Shown: positions 44,316 through 57,391, counted from the stretch's first letter. The stretch: 64,000 bases of DNA from an uncultured Gemmatimonadaceae bacterium (GCA_963716745.1 OY970320.1:256001-320000); one strand, 5' to 3'. The notes: generated by a model from the sequence alone, not told the origin. Translations and numbers: made by a program.

Positions 44316-45254
44316 TCAGCCGCGCGGATGGTACTGCTTGTGGACGCTACGAAGATACTCGCGATCGACGTGGGTGTAGATCTGGGTGGTGCCGATGTCG
44401 GCGTGGCCAAGCATTTCCTGCACAGCGCGCAGGTCGGCGCCGCCCTCCAGCAGATGCGTCGCGAAGGAATGGCGCAGGGTGTGCGGCGTCACCCGCTTGG
44501 CGATGCCGGCCTTCTCTACGTACTTCCGCAGGATCTTCCAGGCGCCCATCCGGGTGAGCGGCGTGCCGCGCGCGTTCAGGAAGAGCGCGCCTTTCCCGCC
44601 GCCGCGCTCGAGACGTGGCCGCAATTCGCGAACGTAGACCGCGGTCGCCGCGATCGCCCGGCGCCCGATCGGCACGAGGCGCTCCTTGCTCCCCTTGCCG
44701 AACACGCGCAGCAGACCGTCATCGAGCATCGCGTCCTTGGTGGTCACCGAGATCCATTCGGACACGCGGAGCCCCGCACCGTATGCGAGCTCCAGCATCG
44801 CACGATCGCGGAATGCGAGCGGCTCGTCGAGCGTGGGCGCCGCGAGCAGCTTCTCGACTTCGGCCACGGTGAGCACGTCGGGCAACGTGCGCCAGCGCTT
44901 CGGCGTGTCGAGCCGCTCGCTCGGATCCTCCACCACCTGCCCCTCGCCCATGAGGAACTTGTAGTAGGTGCGCACCGCGGAAACGTTGCGGCGAATGGAG
45001 GTAGGCGCCAACCCGAGATCCTTCAGCTGGTAGACGTAGTCGCGCAGCATTTGCGACGTGACGCCGGTAGGCGCGCTCGCCCCCTTGCTGCGCGCGAACA
45101 CGGCGAAGCGCGCGAGGTCGTGATCGTACGCTTCGGCCGTGGTTCGCGCGGATCCCTTCTCGAGCGCCAGGAAATCGTGGAAGCGCTCCAGCAGGAACGC
45201 GCGGCCTACGTCGTCGGCGAGCGCAGCGCGCACCGGCCTACGCGCCGGCGGCAC
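44316..45254 (-). CDS. xerD: tyrosine recombinase XerD
   Basis: [62 protein letters not shown]. Confidence 0.92.
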   Translation of the reverse strand: MPPARRPVRAALADDVGRAFLLERFHDFLALEKGSARTTAEAYDHDLARFAVFARSKGASAPTGVTSQMLRDYVYQLKDLGLAPTSIRRNVSAVRTYYKFLMGEGQVVEDPSERLDTPKRWRTLPDVLTVAEVEKLLAAPTLDEPLAFRDRAMLELAYGAGLRVSEWISVTTKDAMLDDGLLRVFGKGSKERLVPIGRRAIAATAVYVRELRPRLERGGGKGALFLNARGTPLTRMGAWKILRKYVEKAGIAKRVTPHTLRHSFATHLLEGGADLRAVQEMLGHADIGTTQIYTHVDREYLRSVHKQYHPRG

Positions 45255-45720
45255 GGAGCGTCGCGACCGCGATGCACGCGATCCCTTCGCCGCGGCCGAT
45301 CCAGCCCATCCCTTCGTTGGTCTTGCCTTTCACGCTCACCGAGCGGAGATCGAGGCCGAGCGCACCGGCCAATGCGGCGCACATCGCCGCGCGATGCGGC
45401 GCGAGCTTGGGCCGTTCCGCGATGACGGTCACGTCCACATGCTCCAGAACGAAACCGCGCTCGCGCGCGACCGCCACGGCCGCGCGCAGCATCTCGAGCG
45501 AGTCGCGGCCGCGGTTCGCGGTGTCGGTATCGGGGAACATCGCGCCAATGTCGCCGGCGCAGGCGGCGCCGAGTACCGCGTCGGTCACGGCGTGCGCTAC
45601 GGCATCACCATCCGAATGGCCCGTGAGCGAGCGATCGAACGGGATCGTGACGCCGCCCAGGCGGAGCGAACTCCCCGGGCCGAATCGGTGGGAATCGTAG
45701 CCGATGCCAGTGCGGCTCAC
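45238..45720 (-). CDS. ispF: 2-C-methyl-D-erythritol 2,4-cyclodiphosphate synthase
   Basis: [35 protein letters not shown]. Confidence 0.96.
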   Translation of the reverse strand: MSRTGIGYDSHRFGPGSSLRLGGVTIPFDRSLTGHSDGDAVAHAVTDAVLGAACAGDIGAMFPDTDTANRGRDSLEMLRAAVAVARERGFVLEHVDVTVIAERPKLAPHRAAMCAALAGALGLDLRSVSVKGKTNEGMGWIGRGEGIACIAVATLRAAGA

Positions 45721-46754
45721 GCCGCCGCGCCAGCCGGCTGGATGATCGAGTAATCCTGGCGGCGGCGCGCCGGCGTGAAGCCCGCGTCGCGGATGAGCCG
45801 CTCCATCTCGTCGGTGGTGGTGCGGTGCGTGGTGTTCGCCGCCGAAACGACGTTCTCCTCGATCATGAGCGAGCCGAAGTCGTTGCAGCCGAACTTGAGC
45901 GCCAGCTGGCCCACCTTCATGCCCATCGTCACCCAGCTCGACTGCAGGTTCGGCACATTGTCGAGCACGATGCGCGAGATCGCGACGGTGCGCAGGTAGT
46001 CCGTCGCATCGGTCTTCTGCATGTGCGACATCGTGGGCGTGTTCTCGGGCTGCAGCGGCCAGCAGATGAAGGCGGTGAAGCCACCGGTACGCGCCTGGAG
46101 CGCCCGCACGCGCTCGAGATGCTCCATCCGCTCCGCGAGCGTCTCGCCAATGCCGTACATCATGGTGACGGAGCTCTTCAGCCCCTCGCCGTGCGCGATC
46201 TCCATGATCTCGAGCCAGCGGTCGGCGCCGGCCTTCTTCTTCGCGACGAGATCGCGCACGCGCTGCACGAGGATCTCGCCGCCACCGCCGGGGATCGAGT
46301 CGAGGCCGGCCGCGCGCAACTCGCGGATCACTTCCACCGCTTCCATGCGGAACACCTTCGCGAAGAAATCCACTTCGCTCGGGCTGAAGCCGTGGATATG
46401 GATCGGGTGATACTGCTTGATGTAGCGCATCAACCCCAGATACCACTCGAACGGGATGTACGGATTGTGTCCGCCCTGGATCAGGATCTGGACGCCACCG
46501 AGCGCCTTGGCCTCGTCGATCTTCGCGCCGATCTGCTCGTACGAGAGCGTGTAGCCCTGGTCGTGCTTCGGCCGCCGGTAGAACGCGCAGAATCCGCAGT
46601 CGGCTACACACACGTTCGTGTAGTTGATGTTGCGGTCCACGATGTACGTGACGATGCCGTGCGGATGCCGGGCGAGGCGCACACGATCGGCCTCGGCGCC
46701 GAGATCAACCAACGGCGCGTTCGTGTAGAAGTCGAGAAGATCGCGCGTGGGCAT
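45717..46754 (-). CDS. mqnC: cyclic dehypoxanthine futalosine synthase (radical SAM)
   Basis: VDRNINYTNVCVADCGFCAFYR, QGGHNP, QSSWVT, NDFGSLMIEENVV. Confidence 0.93.
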   Translation of the reverse strand: MPTRDLLDFYTNAPLVDLGAEADRVRLARHPHGIVTYIVDRNINYTNVCVADCGFCAFYRRPKHDQGYTLSYEQIGAKIDEAKALGGVQILIQGGHNPYIPFEWYLGLMRYIKQYHPIHIHGFSPSEVDFFAKVFRMEAVEVIRELRAAGLDSIPGGGGEILVQRVRDLVAKKKAGADRWLEIMEIAHGEGLKSSVTMMYGIGETLAERMEHLERVRALQARTGGFTAFICWPLQPENTPTMSHMQKTDATDYLRTVAISRIVLDNVPNLQSSWVTMGMKVGQLALKFGCNDFGSLMIEENVVSAANTTHRTTTDEMERLIRDAGFTPARRRQDYSIIQPAGAAA

Positions 46755-47575
46755 CAGGCGGCCGGGAGGAAGGCGAGCGAGCCGTCGGGCACGCGTCCCG
46801 CGCTGGCGAGCCGGCGGAAGAAATCGGTGAGCCCGGCGAGATGCGCGTAGGAGAGGCGATAGTCGAGTCCGGACAGGTACTCGGCGCACAGGCGGCGCGC
46901 GACGCCGGTGGTGGCTGCGGCCTGCTCCGCGAGCAGATCCAGATGGGCGAGTCCCCAATCGCGCGACTCGATGAGGCGCGCATGCACGCGAAGCGCGTCG
47001 CTCACCGGCGTGCTGCGGAGCGACACCCACACGGCGAACACGAACGGCAGGCCCGTCCACTTCTTCCACTCCGCGCCCAGATCGTAGACGAACGGATAGC
47101 GGTCCGACGCCGCGAGCTGCAGCGCCGCATCGCCGATCACGAGTCGCGCATCGTGCGCGGGCTGCGCGGCGCCGGCGAGGTCGGTGTGTTCGGCGTCCGC
47201 CGCCGCGAAATCCGGCTCGGCACGCCACACGTGCTCGAACAGCAGCTTGAGCAGCGCGACGCTCGTCATCGAACTGCGCGAGAGCAGCACGCGCGCGCGA
47301 TCGAGGTCACCGGCCGGGCGGTTCGAGAAGAGCAGCACGCTGCGCACGGGGCCGTCCGACGTGATCGCGAGATCGGGCAGCAGCAGATAGCGGTCGGCGT
47401 TGCTCGCGTATTCCACCGCGGACACGACGCTCACATCGAGGTCGCCCGCCGCCGTGAGCGCGTTCAGCGCGCTCGGCACGCCATCCACGAGCGTGGCATC
47501 CAGCGGCACGATGCCGCGATCGATGGCTCCGTACACCGGGTAGCAGTTGATGTAGGGGATGCGTCCGACGCGCAT
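46754..47575 (-). CDS. mqnA: chorismate dehydratase
   Basis: GRIPYINCYP, SDGPVRSV, SMTSVAL, LVIGDAAL, DLGAEW..TGLPFVFAVW. Confidence 0.92.
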   Translation of the reverse strand: MRVGRIPYINCYPVYGAIDRGIVPLDATLVDGVPSALNALTAAGDLDVSVVSAVEYASNADRYLLLPDLAITSDGPVRSVLLFSNRPAGDLDRARVLLSRSSMTSVALLKLLFEHVWRAEPDFAAADAEHTDLAGAAQPAHDARLVIGDAALQLAASDRYPFVYDLGAEWKKWTGLPFVFAVWVSLRSTPVSDALRVHARLIESRDWGLAHLDLLAEQAAATTGVARRLCAEYLSGLDYRLSYAHLAGLTDFFRRLASAGRVPDGSLAFLPAA

Positions 47576-47576
47576 G

Positions 47577-48732
47577 CTACGCCGCCTCGGCCGCGGCCGG
47601 ATCGAAGGCACGGAGCGTGTGATAGAACGAATCGCGCTCCACCGGCACCCGCCCTGCCCCGCGGATGAGCCGCAGCAGTTCGTCGAGCGTCATGGCCTGG
47701 GCCGTGTGCGCGCCGGCCTCGTGGTAGATCTTCTCGCGCACGACGGTGCCCTCGAGATCGTTCGCGCCGAAGGTGAGCGCGACCTGCGAGAGCGCCGGCG
47801 TCACCATGATCCAGTGCGTCTTGATGTGCGCAATGTTGTCGAGGAAGAGGCGGCCGACGGCGATGTTGCGTAGATCATCGAAGCCGGTGGTCGCGGTGCC
47901 GGTGCGGCCGAGCGTTTCGCCGAGTTCGTTGTGATCGGGATGATACGCGAGCGGGATGTAGGCGAGGAACCCGCCGGTCTCATCCTGCAGAGCTGCGCAG
48001 CATCGCGAGGTGCTCCACGCGGTCCTCCATGCTCTCGACATGGCCATAGAGCATCGTGCAATTCGAGCGAATGCCCATGTTGTGCGCCACGCGATGCACT
48101 CCGATCCACTCCTCCGCGCTCAACTTGCGGTCGGCGATCGTGGCGCGCACGCCTTTCGAGAAGACTTCCGCGCCCCCGCCGGGCAGCGTGTCGAGACCGG
48201 CCTCGCGCAGATGCGAGAGCACCGCTTCGACGCTCATCTTCTCGATGCGCGCGATGTGCGCGATCTCCACCGCGGTGAGCGCCTTGATGTGCACGTCGGG
48301 GCGGCGTGCCTTGAGGCCGCGGAACATGTCGGCGTAGTACTCGAGGCCCGCCTTCATGTCGAGTCCGCCCACGATGTGGAACTCACGCACGTACTCGTTC
48401 GCATCGGCCTCGGCGTACACCTGGTCGAGCGTATAGCGATACGCCCCCTCTTCCTTCGGCAGCCGTGCGTACGAGCAGAAAACGCAGGTCTTCCGCAGCG
48501 TGCAAATGTTCGTCGGATTGATATGCTGGTTCGCGGCGAAGTACACGCGCGTCCCGTGCTGTGCGCGCGTGGCGGCATCGGCCATGGCGCCGATCGCGAG
48601 AAGGTCCGGCGACTTGAACAGCGTGACCGCATCGGCCTCGGTGAGCCGCTCGCCGGCGCGCACCTTGGCGGCGATGGGGCGCAGCGCGGGATCGGTCACG
48701 CGCGCGGGATCGACCATCGCCGGAGACGGCAC
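47577..48732 (-). CDS. mqnE: aminofutalosine synthase (radical SAM; frameshift near 47992)
   Basis: HINPTNIC..TCVFC, HIVGG, TAVEI, TMLYGHVE, then LQDETGGF, GANDLEGTVVREKIYHEAG. Confidence 0.9.
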
Positions 48733-49976
<1,244 letters not shown>

Positions 49977-49977
<1 letters not shown>

Positions 49978-50213
49978 TACGCCGTCTTGCTCTTCAAGTA
50001 GTTCAACGCGTCACCCACCGTGCGGAGCTTCTCCGCATCTTCATCGGGGATGTCGATGTTGAATTCCTTCTCGAACTCCATCACCAGCTCGACGGTGTCC
50101 AGACTGTCCGCGCCGAGATCCTCCATGAAGCTCGCGTCGTTCGTCAGCTTCTCGCGCTCGACGCCGAGCTCCTTCGCGATGATCTCCTTGACCTTCTCTT
50201 CTGTTGCCGCCAT
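49977..50213 (-). CDS. acpP: acyl carrier protein
   Basis: [22 protein letters not shown]. Confidence 0.97.
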
Positions 50214-50250
50214 GGCCGTGATCCTCGAATGATGGAAAAGGGAATGCTGA

Positions 50251-50278
50251 AATGTACCCGAATGAGCGAGCGTTTCAA
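50251..50278 (-). promoter_or_regulatory. internal promoter for acpP-fabF
   Basis: TTGAAA-N16-TACATT on the minus strand, followed by a GAGGA Shine-Dalgarno. Confidence 0.55.
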
Positions 50279-50280
50279 TC

Positions 50281-51018
50281 TCACATGACCATGCCGCCGT
50301 CCACGACGAGCACCTGCCCGGTAATGTAGCTCGCGTGCTCGGAGGCCAGGAACGCGACCGCCGACGCGATGTCGCCGGGCGCGCCGAGCCGCGCGAGCGG
50401 GATCTGCGATTGCAGCGCCTCGCGGGCCTCGGGCGTGAGCGCGGCCGTCATGTCCGTCTCGATGAAGCCCGGCGCGACGGCGTTCACGAGGATGTTGCGC
50501 GAGGCCAGCTCCTTCGCCACGGACTTCGTGAGACCGATCAGCCCCGCCTTGCTCGCGGCATAGTTGGCCTGCCCCGCGTTGCCGGTGATCCCCACCACGC
50601 TCGTGATATTGATGATCCGCCCCCAGCGGCGCTTCATCATACCGCGCGTCGCGGCGCGCATCGTGGCGAAGGCGCCCTTGAGGTTGGCGTCGAGCACGGC
50701 GTTCCAGTCATCGTCCTTCAGGCGCATGAGCAGGTTGTCGCGCGTGAGCCCCGCGTTGTTCACGAGGATGTCGAGGGAGCCGAACGCCGCCTCGACATCC
50801 GCCACGAGCTTGGCGACCTGCGCCGCATCGCTCACGTCGCACGCGAACCCCTGTGCGCCCCCGCCGATCGCGGTCGCGGCCTCGGCGGCGCGGGAGGCCT
50901 CGCGTCCTACAACAGCCACCTTTGCGCCACACTCGGTGAGCGTCGCGGCGATGCCGCGCCCGATCCCGCGCGTGCTGCCCGTGACCAGCGCGATGCGCCC
51001 CGTGAGATCGATCTTCAT
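50281..51018 (-). CDS. fabG: 3-oxoacyl-ACP reductase
   Basis: [34 protein letters not shown]. Confidence 0.96.
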   Translation of the reverse strand: MKIDLTGRIALVTGSTRGIGRGIAATLTECGAKVAVVGREASRAAEAATAIGGGAQGFACDVSDAAQVAKLVADVEAAFGSLDILVNNAGLTRDNLLMRLKDDDWNAVLDANLKGAFATMRAATRGMMKRRWGRIINITSVVGITGNAGQANYAASKAGLIGLTKSVAKELASRNILVNAVAPGFIETDMTAALTPEAREALQSQIPLARLGAPGDIASAVAFLASEHASYITGQVLVVDGGMVM

Positions 51019-51959
51019 GCGGCCACCCGCTGGCGGAGTTGTTCGATGTCGGCCGCGGTGCCGCATGCTGCCGTTTCCGCGCCAGGCACGATGCGCTTCA
51101 CGAGATTCGCGAGCACGCTGCCGGGACCGAGCTCCACGAAGAGCGCTCCAGGCACGGCCGCCGCGATCGCGCGCACCTCGGCGGTCCAGCGCACGGGTGA
51201 CGTGAGCTGTTCGCGCAGCAGTCGCGTAGCGTCGGCCGCGACGGTGACCGGCGCGGCGCTCACGTTCGAGAAGACCGGGAACGCGGGCGCCTTCGCGCCC
51301 GACGCGTCGAGCGCCGACTGCAGCCCCGCGCCCGCGCTCGCCATGAGTGGCGAATGGAACGCGCCGCTCACATTCAGGCGCAGCGCGCGCTTGGCGCCCT
51401 TCGTCTTGGCGAGCTCCATGGCCTTCTCCACCGCCGCGACATCGCCCGAGATCACGAGCTGCTCCGGCGTGTTGTAGTTCGCGGGCACGACCACGCCGCC
51501 GGTCGCCGCGGCCGCCTCGCTGCACGACGATTCCACGCCCGCCTCATCGAGTCCGAGGATCGCCGCCATGGCGCCGGGTATCTTCGTGCCGCTGTCGGCC
51601 ATCAGCTCGCCACGCTTCCGCACCACGCGCAGCGCTTCGGCCAGCCCGAACGTGCCGGCCGCGAAGTACGCGGTGAACTCGCCGAGTGAATGGCCGGCCG
51701 CGGCTTTCACGCGCGGCCGCAGCCACTCGTGCGCGACCGCCCACGCCGCCGCGCCGTGCGCGAGCAGCGCCGGCTGCGCATTCTGGGTGGCGGTGAGGTC
51801 GGCCTCGGGGCCTTCGAAGCAGAGCTTCGATAGCGGCATCGCGAGCGCCTTGTCGGCGGCGTCGAACACGGCGCGCGCCGCGGGGAATGCCTCGGCGAGG
51901 TCCTTGCCCATGCCGGGCTTCTGAGAGCCCTGCCCTGGAAAGAGCAGCACGATGTTCAC
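51015..51959 (-). CDS. fabD: malonyl-CoA:ACP transacylase
   Basis: FPGQGSQ, AQPA, GHSLGE, VSGAFHS, PVRW. Confidence 0.96.
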   Translation of the reverse strand: MNIVLLFPGQGSQKPGMGKDLAEAFPAARAVFDAADKALAMPLSKLCFEGPEADLTATQNAQPALLAHGAAAWAVAHEWLRPRVKAAAGHSLGEFTAYFAAGTFGLAEALRVVRKRGELMADSGTKIPGAMAAILGLDEAGVESSCSEAAAATGGVVVPANYNTPEQLVISGDVAAVEKAMELAKTKGAKRALRLNVSGAFHSPLMASAGAGLQSALDASGAKAPAFPVFSNVSAAPVTVAADATRLLREQLTSPVRWTAEVRAIAAAVPGALFVELGPGSVLANLVKRIVPGAETAACGTAADIEQLRQRVAA

Positions 51960-51976
51960 CGGAGCGGCGGACGCGA

Positions 51977-52966
51977 TCAGAACCGAATGACCATCGAGGC
52001 CCACGTGAAGCCCGCGCCGAAGGCGGCGAGCAGCACCGTGGAGCCCTCTTTCACGCGACCTTCTTCGATCAGTTCGTCGATCGAGATCGGGATCGAGGCC
52101 GACGACGTGTTGCCGTAGCGATCCACGTTCACGTACACCTTGTCCATCGAAATGCCCGCGTGCTTGGCCGTCGCCTCGATGATCCGCACGTTGGCCTGGT
52201 GCGGGATCAGGAGATCGATGTCCTTGCCCGTGAGCCGCGCGCCGTCGAGCGCACGATCGGCGGCGTCGGACATCGAGCGCACCGCGTGCTTGAACACCTC
52301 GCGCCCCGCCATCTTCACGAGATGCGAGCGGTCCGCGAGCACCTTCTCGGACATCGGGATCGTCGCGCCACCGGCGGGCCGGTACAGGAGTTCGGCGAGC
52401 GTGCCGTCGCTGCGCATGTACGTGGACAGGATCCCGCGTCCCTTCGCCGCGCGCTTGAGCACCGTGGCGCCCGCGCCGTCGCCGAAGAGCACGCAGGTCG
52501 CGCGGTCGGTCCAGTCGACGATGGAGCTCATTTTCTCGGAGGCGATCACGAGCACGGTCTCCGCGGCGCCGCTATGGATCAGTCCCTCGCCCACGGTGAG
52601 CCCGTAGAGCCAGCCCGAGCAGGCGGCCGAGAGATCGAACGCGGCCGCGCGCGTCGCGCCGAGCGCGGCCTGGATGTCGGCGGCGGTGGCCGGGAGCAGC
52701 CGGTCGGGCGTCGCGGTGCTCAGGATGATCACGTCCACTTCCCCGGGCAGCACACCGGCGCGCTCCATCGCGATGCGCGCCGCCGCGGCGCCCATGTGGC
52801 ACGTGGTCTCTGACGCCTCTGCGATGTGCCGCTCCGAGATGCCGGTGCGCTCCATCACCCACTCGTGCGTGGTCTCAATGCCGATGGCCGCGAAGTCATA
52901 GTTCGTCATGACTCTCGGCGGTACCGACTTCCCGATGCTCATGAGCTGCGCGTAGGGGCGCCTCAT
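51977..52966 (-). CDS. fabH: 3-oxoacyl-ACP synthase III
   Basis: AACSG, LFGDGAG, PHQANVRI, YGNTSSASIP, FGAGFTW. Confidence 0.96.
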   Translation of the reverse strand: MRRPYAQLMSIGKSVPPRVMTNYDFAAIGIETTHEWVMERTGISERHIAEASETTCHMGAAAARIAMERAGVLPGEVDVIILSTATPDRLLPATAADIQAALGATRAAAFDLSAACSGWLYGLTVGEGLIHSGAAETVLVIASEKMSSIVDWTDRATCVLFGDGAGATVLKRAAKGRGILSTYMRSDGTLAELLYRPAGGATIPMSEKVLADRSHLVKMAGREVFKHAVRSMSDAADRALDGARLTGKDIDLLIPHQANVRIIEATAKHAGISMDKVYVNVDRYGNTSSASIPISIDELIEEGRVKEGSTVLLAAFGAGFTWASMVIRF

Positions 52967-53980
52967 GCCGGGTGGCTCCCGTGGCCGAGCTTGTGGCCGA
53001 TGTGTTCGTCCATGCTCGACTCGATCGCGCGCAGGGCCACGCCAATGGCGTTCTTGATCGCGCGCGGCGAGGACCGGCCGTGCGAGATGATGCTGATGCC
53101 GTTCACGCCGAGGAGCGGCGCACCGCCGTAATCGGAGTAGTCGAATCCCTTGAACGCGGCGGCGAGCGTTTCCTTCGCGACGCCGCTGCTCGCGAGCTTG
53201 CCGAAGATGAGCGCGGGCACCGACTCGTAGAACTTGAGCAGCACGTTGCCCACGAACCCGTCGCACACGACCACGTCCACCTTGCCGCGCGCCGAGCCGC
53301 CCGTGAGGATGTCGCGCCCCTCGATGTTCCCCGCGAAGTTGAGATCGCTCTTCGCGAGCAGCTGGTGCGCTTCCTTCACGACCGCGTTCCCCTTCTCCGC
53401 TTCTTCACCGATCGAGAGGAGGCCGACGGCGGGATTCGCGCGGCCGAGCACATCCTCGGCGTACACGGCGCCGAGCCGCGCGAACTGGAGGAGCTCGTCG
53501 GCCGAGCAATCGACGTTGGCGCCCGAGTCGAGCAGCACCACCGGCGCGCTCATCGTGGGGAGCAGGGTGACGATCGGGGGGCGGTTGACGCCGTCATGCA
53601 GCTTGAGCAGGTAGACCGAGGCGGCCATCTGCGCGCCGGTGTTGCCGGCGGAGACGAACGCATCCGTTTTCCCCTCGGCGTGCATCTCTGATGCCGATCG
53701 TCATCGAACTCTTCGGCTTCCCGCGGATGGCGGCGGTGGGCTTGTCCGTCATCTCGATGACATCGGGCGCATCGATCACTTCGATGCGCGCGCGCTGCGC
53801 TGCGAGATGCTTGAGCTCGCCGGCGAGCTGCCGGTCGAGCTCCGCGTTGATCACCTCGGAGCGGCCGACCAATTGGAGGCTGTGCGCCGCCGGAAGATCG
53901 GCGAGCGCGAGCAAGGCACCCGCGACGGGCGCTTGGGGGGCGAGATCTCCCCCCATCGCATCCAACGCGATGCGCGCCAA
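52963..53980 (-). CDS. plsX: phosphate acyltransferase PlsX (frameshift near 53688)
   Basis: IALDAMGGD..P, SAGNTGA, LDSGANVD, IGEEAEKGN, VCDGFVGN, GGAPLLGV. Confidence 0.94.
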
Positions 53981-53981
53981 G

Positions 53982-54164
53982 CTAGCTGACCTTGGCCTCG
54001 ATCCGCTGCGCGCCGTCGTAGTAGCCGCACTCACCGCACACGCGGTGCGGGCGCTTCATGGCGTGACAGCGCGGACACTCCTGGATCACGATCGCCGGCG
54101 CCTTCTTGTGGGTGTTGCGCGCGCGCTTCTTGCGCTTGGAAGTGCGTCTCTTGGGTACGGCCAT
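53982..54164 (-). CDS. rpmF: 50S ribosomal protein L32 (Zn-binding type)
   Basis: MAVPKRRTS..CPRC..HRVCGECGYY. Confidence 0.97.
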   Translation of the reverse strand: MAVPKRRTSKRKKRARNTHKKAPAIVIQECPRCHAMKRPHRVCGECGYYDGAQRIEAKVS

Positions 54165-54188
54165 GTCAGTTCACGAAATTGAAAAGGT

Positions 54189-54708
54189 TCACCGCGGTCC
54201 TGAAGCGTGGCGGACGGTCCGCAACGCGTCCCAGCGGCTGTCGGTCTCGGCCTTACAGTTGCACGGTCCGGCGTTCCAATCGGCGCCGCACCGCGGGCAC
54301 AGGCCCTTGCAGTCGTCGCGGCACAGGAAGAATTCGGGCGCGGCGAGCAGCCACTGCTCGCGCACGGCCGGACTCAGGTCGAGCGAGAGCGCGCGCGGCG
54401 GGATCTGATACGCGTCCGGATCGTCCGCGACCTCCTCGTCGCTCTTCTCCGACGTACAGCACATGCACATCCTCCCGCACCGCGTCGCGCGCATCGGTGA
54501 GACAGCGGCGGCACGAGCCGGACGCTTCGCCCTCGATGTGCCCGCTCCAGTAGTACCTGCCCGGGCCCGCCTTGGAGAGCCGGCCGGTGGCATGCACGCC
54601 GCCTTCCGGCCGCGCATCGCCCGCCTGCCACACCGGATCATCGGCGGCAAGCCGGCCGTCCACCGTGGCGGCATTGCGTTCGAGATCGCGGAGGTCGAAG
54701 GAGAGCAT
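54189..54708 (-). CDS. yceD: DUF177/YceD protein (frameshift near 54449)
   Basis: CRRCL, LDLSPAVRE, CRDDCKGLCPRCG, DSRWDAL; located upstream of rpmF. Confidence 0.88.
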
Positions 54709-54716
54709 AACCCTTG

Positions 54717-54746
54717 AATCTACTTGGACATGGGCACTTGGGTCAA
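54717..54746 (-). promoter_or_regulatory. probable leaderless promoter of the yceD-rpmF-plsX-fab operon
   Basis: TTGACC-N18-TAGATT, 8 nt before ATG 54708. Confidence 0.6.
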
Positions 54747-54792
54747 GCGCGGCCGATGTCCGATGTCATGCATGGTACGACTATCCACAAAA

Positions 54793-54893
54793 AACTGCTT
54801 TGACAGGATTAACATGATTCAAATGACGGTGACAGGGCCGGTCTGCGCCCGGGATTCACATCAGTTCAAGCATGTTCATCCTGTCAAGCGGTT
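54793..54893. repeat. 101-bp palindromic element with TTGACAGGAT-type arms
   Basis: AACTGCTTTGACAGGATTAACATG... / ...CATGTTCATCCTGTCAAGCGGTT, about 35-bp imperfect inverted repeat. Confidence 0.8.
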
Positions 54894-54913
54894 GTTGCCG
54901 TCTCGAGTGCCGG

Positions 54914-55343
54914 TCAGCGCGCGGCGAGCACGTCCGATTCGGAGAAGAAGAAGCGCGCCTCGCGCTCCGCGTTCTCGTCGGAGTCGGACGCGTGGATCGC
55001 GTTCCGCTCCTTCGACTCGGCGAACAATTTGCGCACTGTGCCGGCATCGGCCTGCGCCGGATCGGTGGCGCCGATCGCGGTCCGGAGCGCGGCGACCGCG
55101 TCGGGCTTCTCGAGCAGCATCGGCATGCATGGGGCCCGACGTCATGAACGCCGTGAGCGATTGGTAGAAGGGGCGCTCGCGGTGCACCGCGTAGAATTCG
55201 CCCGCCTGCGCCGGAGTGAGGAGCATCACGCGCGAGGCGAGCACGCGGAAGCCCTGCGCTTCGAGATGGGCGAGGATCTTCCCCGCCTTGCCCGTCGCGA
55301 AGGCGTCGGGCTTGATGATCGTGAGAGTGCGATTGCCGGCCAT
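54914..55343 (-). CDS. ndk: nucleoside diphosphate kinase (frameshift near 55128)
   Basis: [21 protein letters not shown], then [18 protein letters not shown]. Confidence 0.94.
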
Positions 55344-55376
55344 GTGCCAGTTTCGGAGAGAAGTTGAGTCGAGCGG

Positions 55377-56249
55377 CTACGTGAGCCGCTCGCGAATGAG
55401 CTGCACGAAATCCATCGGGCGCTGGGCGACGCCCATCCCTGCATCCTTGAACGCCTCGATCTTCTCGGCGGCGGTGCCCGCCGACCCGGAGATGATCGCG
55501 CCGGCGTGTCCCATGCGGCGGCCCGGCGGCGCCGTCTGCCCGGCGATGAATCCGACCACCGGTTTCTTCATATGCTCTTTCACGAAGCGCGCGGCCTCCT
55601 GCTCGTCCGTGCCGCCGATCTCGCCCATCATCGCGACCGCTTTCGTGGCCGGATCCTTCTCGAACGCCGCCAGGCAGTCGATGAAGTTGGTGCCGTTGAT
55701 CGGATCGCCGCCGATGCCGACGCAGGTGGTCTGCCCGATGCCGGCGCGCGTGAGCTGGTACACGATCTCGTAGGTGAGCGTGCCGGAGCGGCTCACGACG
55801 CCCACCGGGCCCGCGGTGCAGATCCGGCCCGGAATGATGCCCACCTTGCTCGCGCCGGGCGTGATGAGCCCGGGACAATTCGGACCGATCAGGCGCGCGC
55901 CGCGTTCCTTCACGTACGGGTACACGCGCGTCATGTCGAGCACGGGCACGCCTTCGGTGATGCACACGATGAGCGCAACGCCCGCGGCGGCCGCTTCCAT
56001 CATCGCGTCCGCCGCGAAGGGCGGCGGCACGTAGATGACGCTGGTGTTCGCGCCCGTCGCGCGCACCGCGTCGGCCACGGTGTCGAAGATCGGTACGGAG
56101 TCCTCGAACTTCTGGCCACCCTTTCCCGGCGTGATGCCGCCGACGACTCTCGTGCCGTACTCCATCATCTGCTTGGTGTGGAACGAGCCGTCGCGGCCCG
56201 TGATCCCCTGCACCAGCAGCTTGGTATTCTTGTCGACGAAGATGCTCAC
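55377..56249 (-). CDS. sucD: succinyl-CoA ligase alpha subunit
   Basis: [33 protein letters not shown]. Confidence 0.97.
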   Translation of the reverse strand: MSIFVDKNTKLLVQGITGRDGSFHTKQMMEYGTRVVGGITPGKGGQKFEDSVPIFDTVADAVRATGANTSVIYVPPPFAADAMMEAAAAGVALIVCITEGVPVLDMTRVYPYVKERGARLIGPNCPGLITPGASKVGIIPGRICTAGPVGVVSRSGTLTYEIVYQLTRAGIGQTTCVGIGGDPINGTNFIDCLAAFEKDPATKAVAMMGEIGGTDEQEAARFVKEHMKKPVVGFIAGQTAPPGRRMGHAGAIISGSAGTAAEKIEAFKDAGMGVAQRPMDFVQLIRERLT

Positions 56250-57391
56250 GCGGCCTTTCCTCCCTTCGCGAGCTTCACCGCTTTCTGCACCGCCTCGTCC
56301 ATGTCCGTCATCGCGCTGAAGCCGTTCTCGGTGAGGATCTTCACCGCGATCTCTTCGTTGGTGCCGGTGAGCCGGATCACGATCGGCACTCTGAGCGGAT
56401 TCGCCTTGGTCGCCGTCACGATGCCGTTCGCCACATCGTCGGTGCGCGTGATGCCGCCGAAGATATTGAACAGGATCGCTTTCACGTTCGGGTCGCTCGT
56501 GATGATCTTGAGCGCATTCACCACCTTCTCCGGGTTCGACGAGCCGCCGATGTCCAGGAAGTTCGCGGGGTCGCCGCCGTAGTACTTCACAAGGTCCATC
56601 GTCGCCATCGCGAGGCCGGCTCCGTTCACCACGCATCCGACGTCACCGTCGAGCTTGATGAACGTCAGGTTCGCGTTGCGCGCGGCGACCTCGCTCGGCG
56701 CCTCGGCGGTCTCATCGCGCAGCGCGGCCATCTCGGGGCGCCGGTCGAGTTCGTTGTCATCCACGCTGAGCTTCGCGTCGAGCGCCAATACCTCGCCTGC
56801 CGGCGTGGTCACGAGCGGGTTGATCTCCGCCAACGACGCGCCACTCGCGACGAAGGCGGACCAGAGCTGCTGCATGATCTTCGCCGCCGCGCGCGCCTGC
56901 TTCACGTCCTTGTACAGGAAGAAGCCCAGCTGCATCGCCTCGAATGGGAGCAGCCCATAGCGCGGGTCCACCGGCAGCCGCAGGATCTTCTCGGGCGTCT
57001 TGGCGGCCACTTCTTCGATGTCGATGCCGCCCGCGGGGCTCACCATGAACACCGCGCGCTTGGACGCGCGGTCGATGATGATGCCGGCGTACGCCTCCGT
57101 GGCGATCTCGGCGGCGGGCGCCACGAGCACCGTGTGCACCGTGAGACCCTTGATCTGCATGCCGAGGATCTTGGCCGCGATCTCCTTCGCCTCGGCGGGA
57201 CTCTTCGCGAGTTTCACACCGCCCGCTTTGCCACGCCCGCCCGCGTGCACCTGCGCCTTCACGACCACCGTGCCGCCGAACTTCCGCGCGATCTCCTCCG
57301 CGTGCTGCGGCGTGGTGGCAATCTCGCCGGGGGGCACGGGCATGCCGTGCCTCCGGAAGATCTCTTTCGCTTGATATTCGTGGATGTTCAC
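56246..57391 (-). CDS. sucC: succinyl-CoA ligase beta subunit
   Basis: [47 protein letters not shown]. Confidence 0.97.
   Translation of the reverse strand: MNIHEYQAKEIFRRHGMPVPPGEIATTPQHAEEIARKFGGTVVVKAQVHAGGRGKAGGVKLAKSPAEAKEIAAKILGMQIKGLTVHTVLVAPAAEIATEAYAGIIIDRASKRAVFMVSPAGGIDIEEVAAKTPEKILRLPVDPRYGLLPFEAMQLGFFLYKDVKQARAAAKIMQQLWSAFVASGASLAEINPLVTTPAGEVLALDAKLSVDDNELDRRPEMAALRDETAEAPSEVAARNANLTFIKLDGDVGCVVNGAGLAMATMDLVKYYGGDPANFLDIGGSSNPEKVVNALKIITSDPNVKAILFNIFGGITRTDDVANGIVTATKANPLRVPIVIRLTGTNEEIAVKILTENGFSAMTDMDEAVQKAVKLAKGGKAA

Noticed and set aside
44316..45254. Phage or ICE integrase
   Set aside because: Typical XerD motifs and length, embedded in a core operon.
54781..54789. oriC suggested by CTATCCACA
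   Set aside because: Single near-consensus DnaA box with no cluster, no dnaA/dnaN and no divergence of gene orientation.
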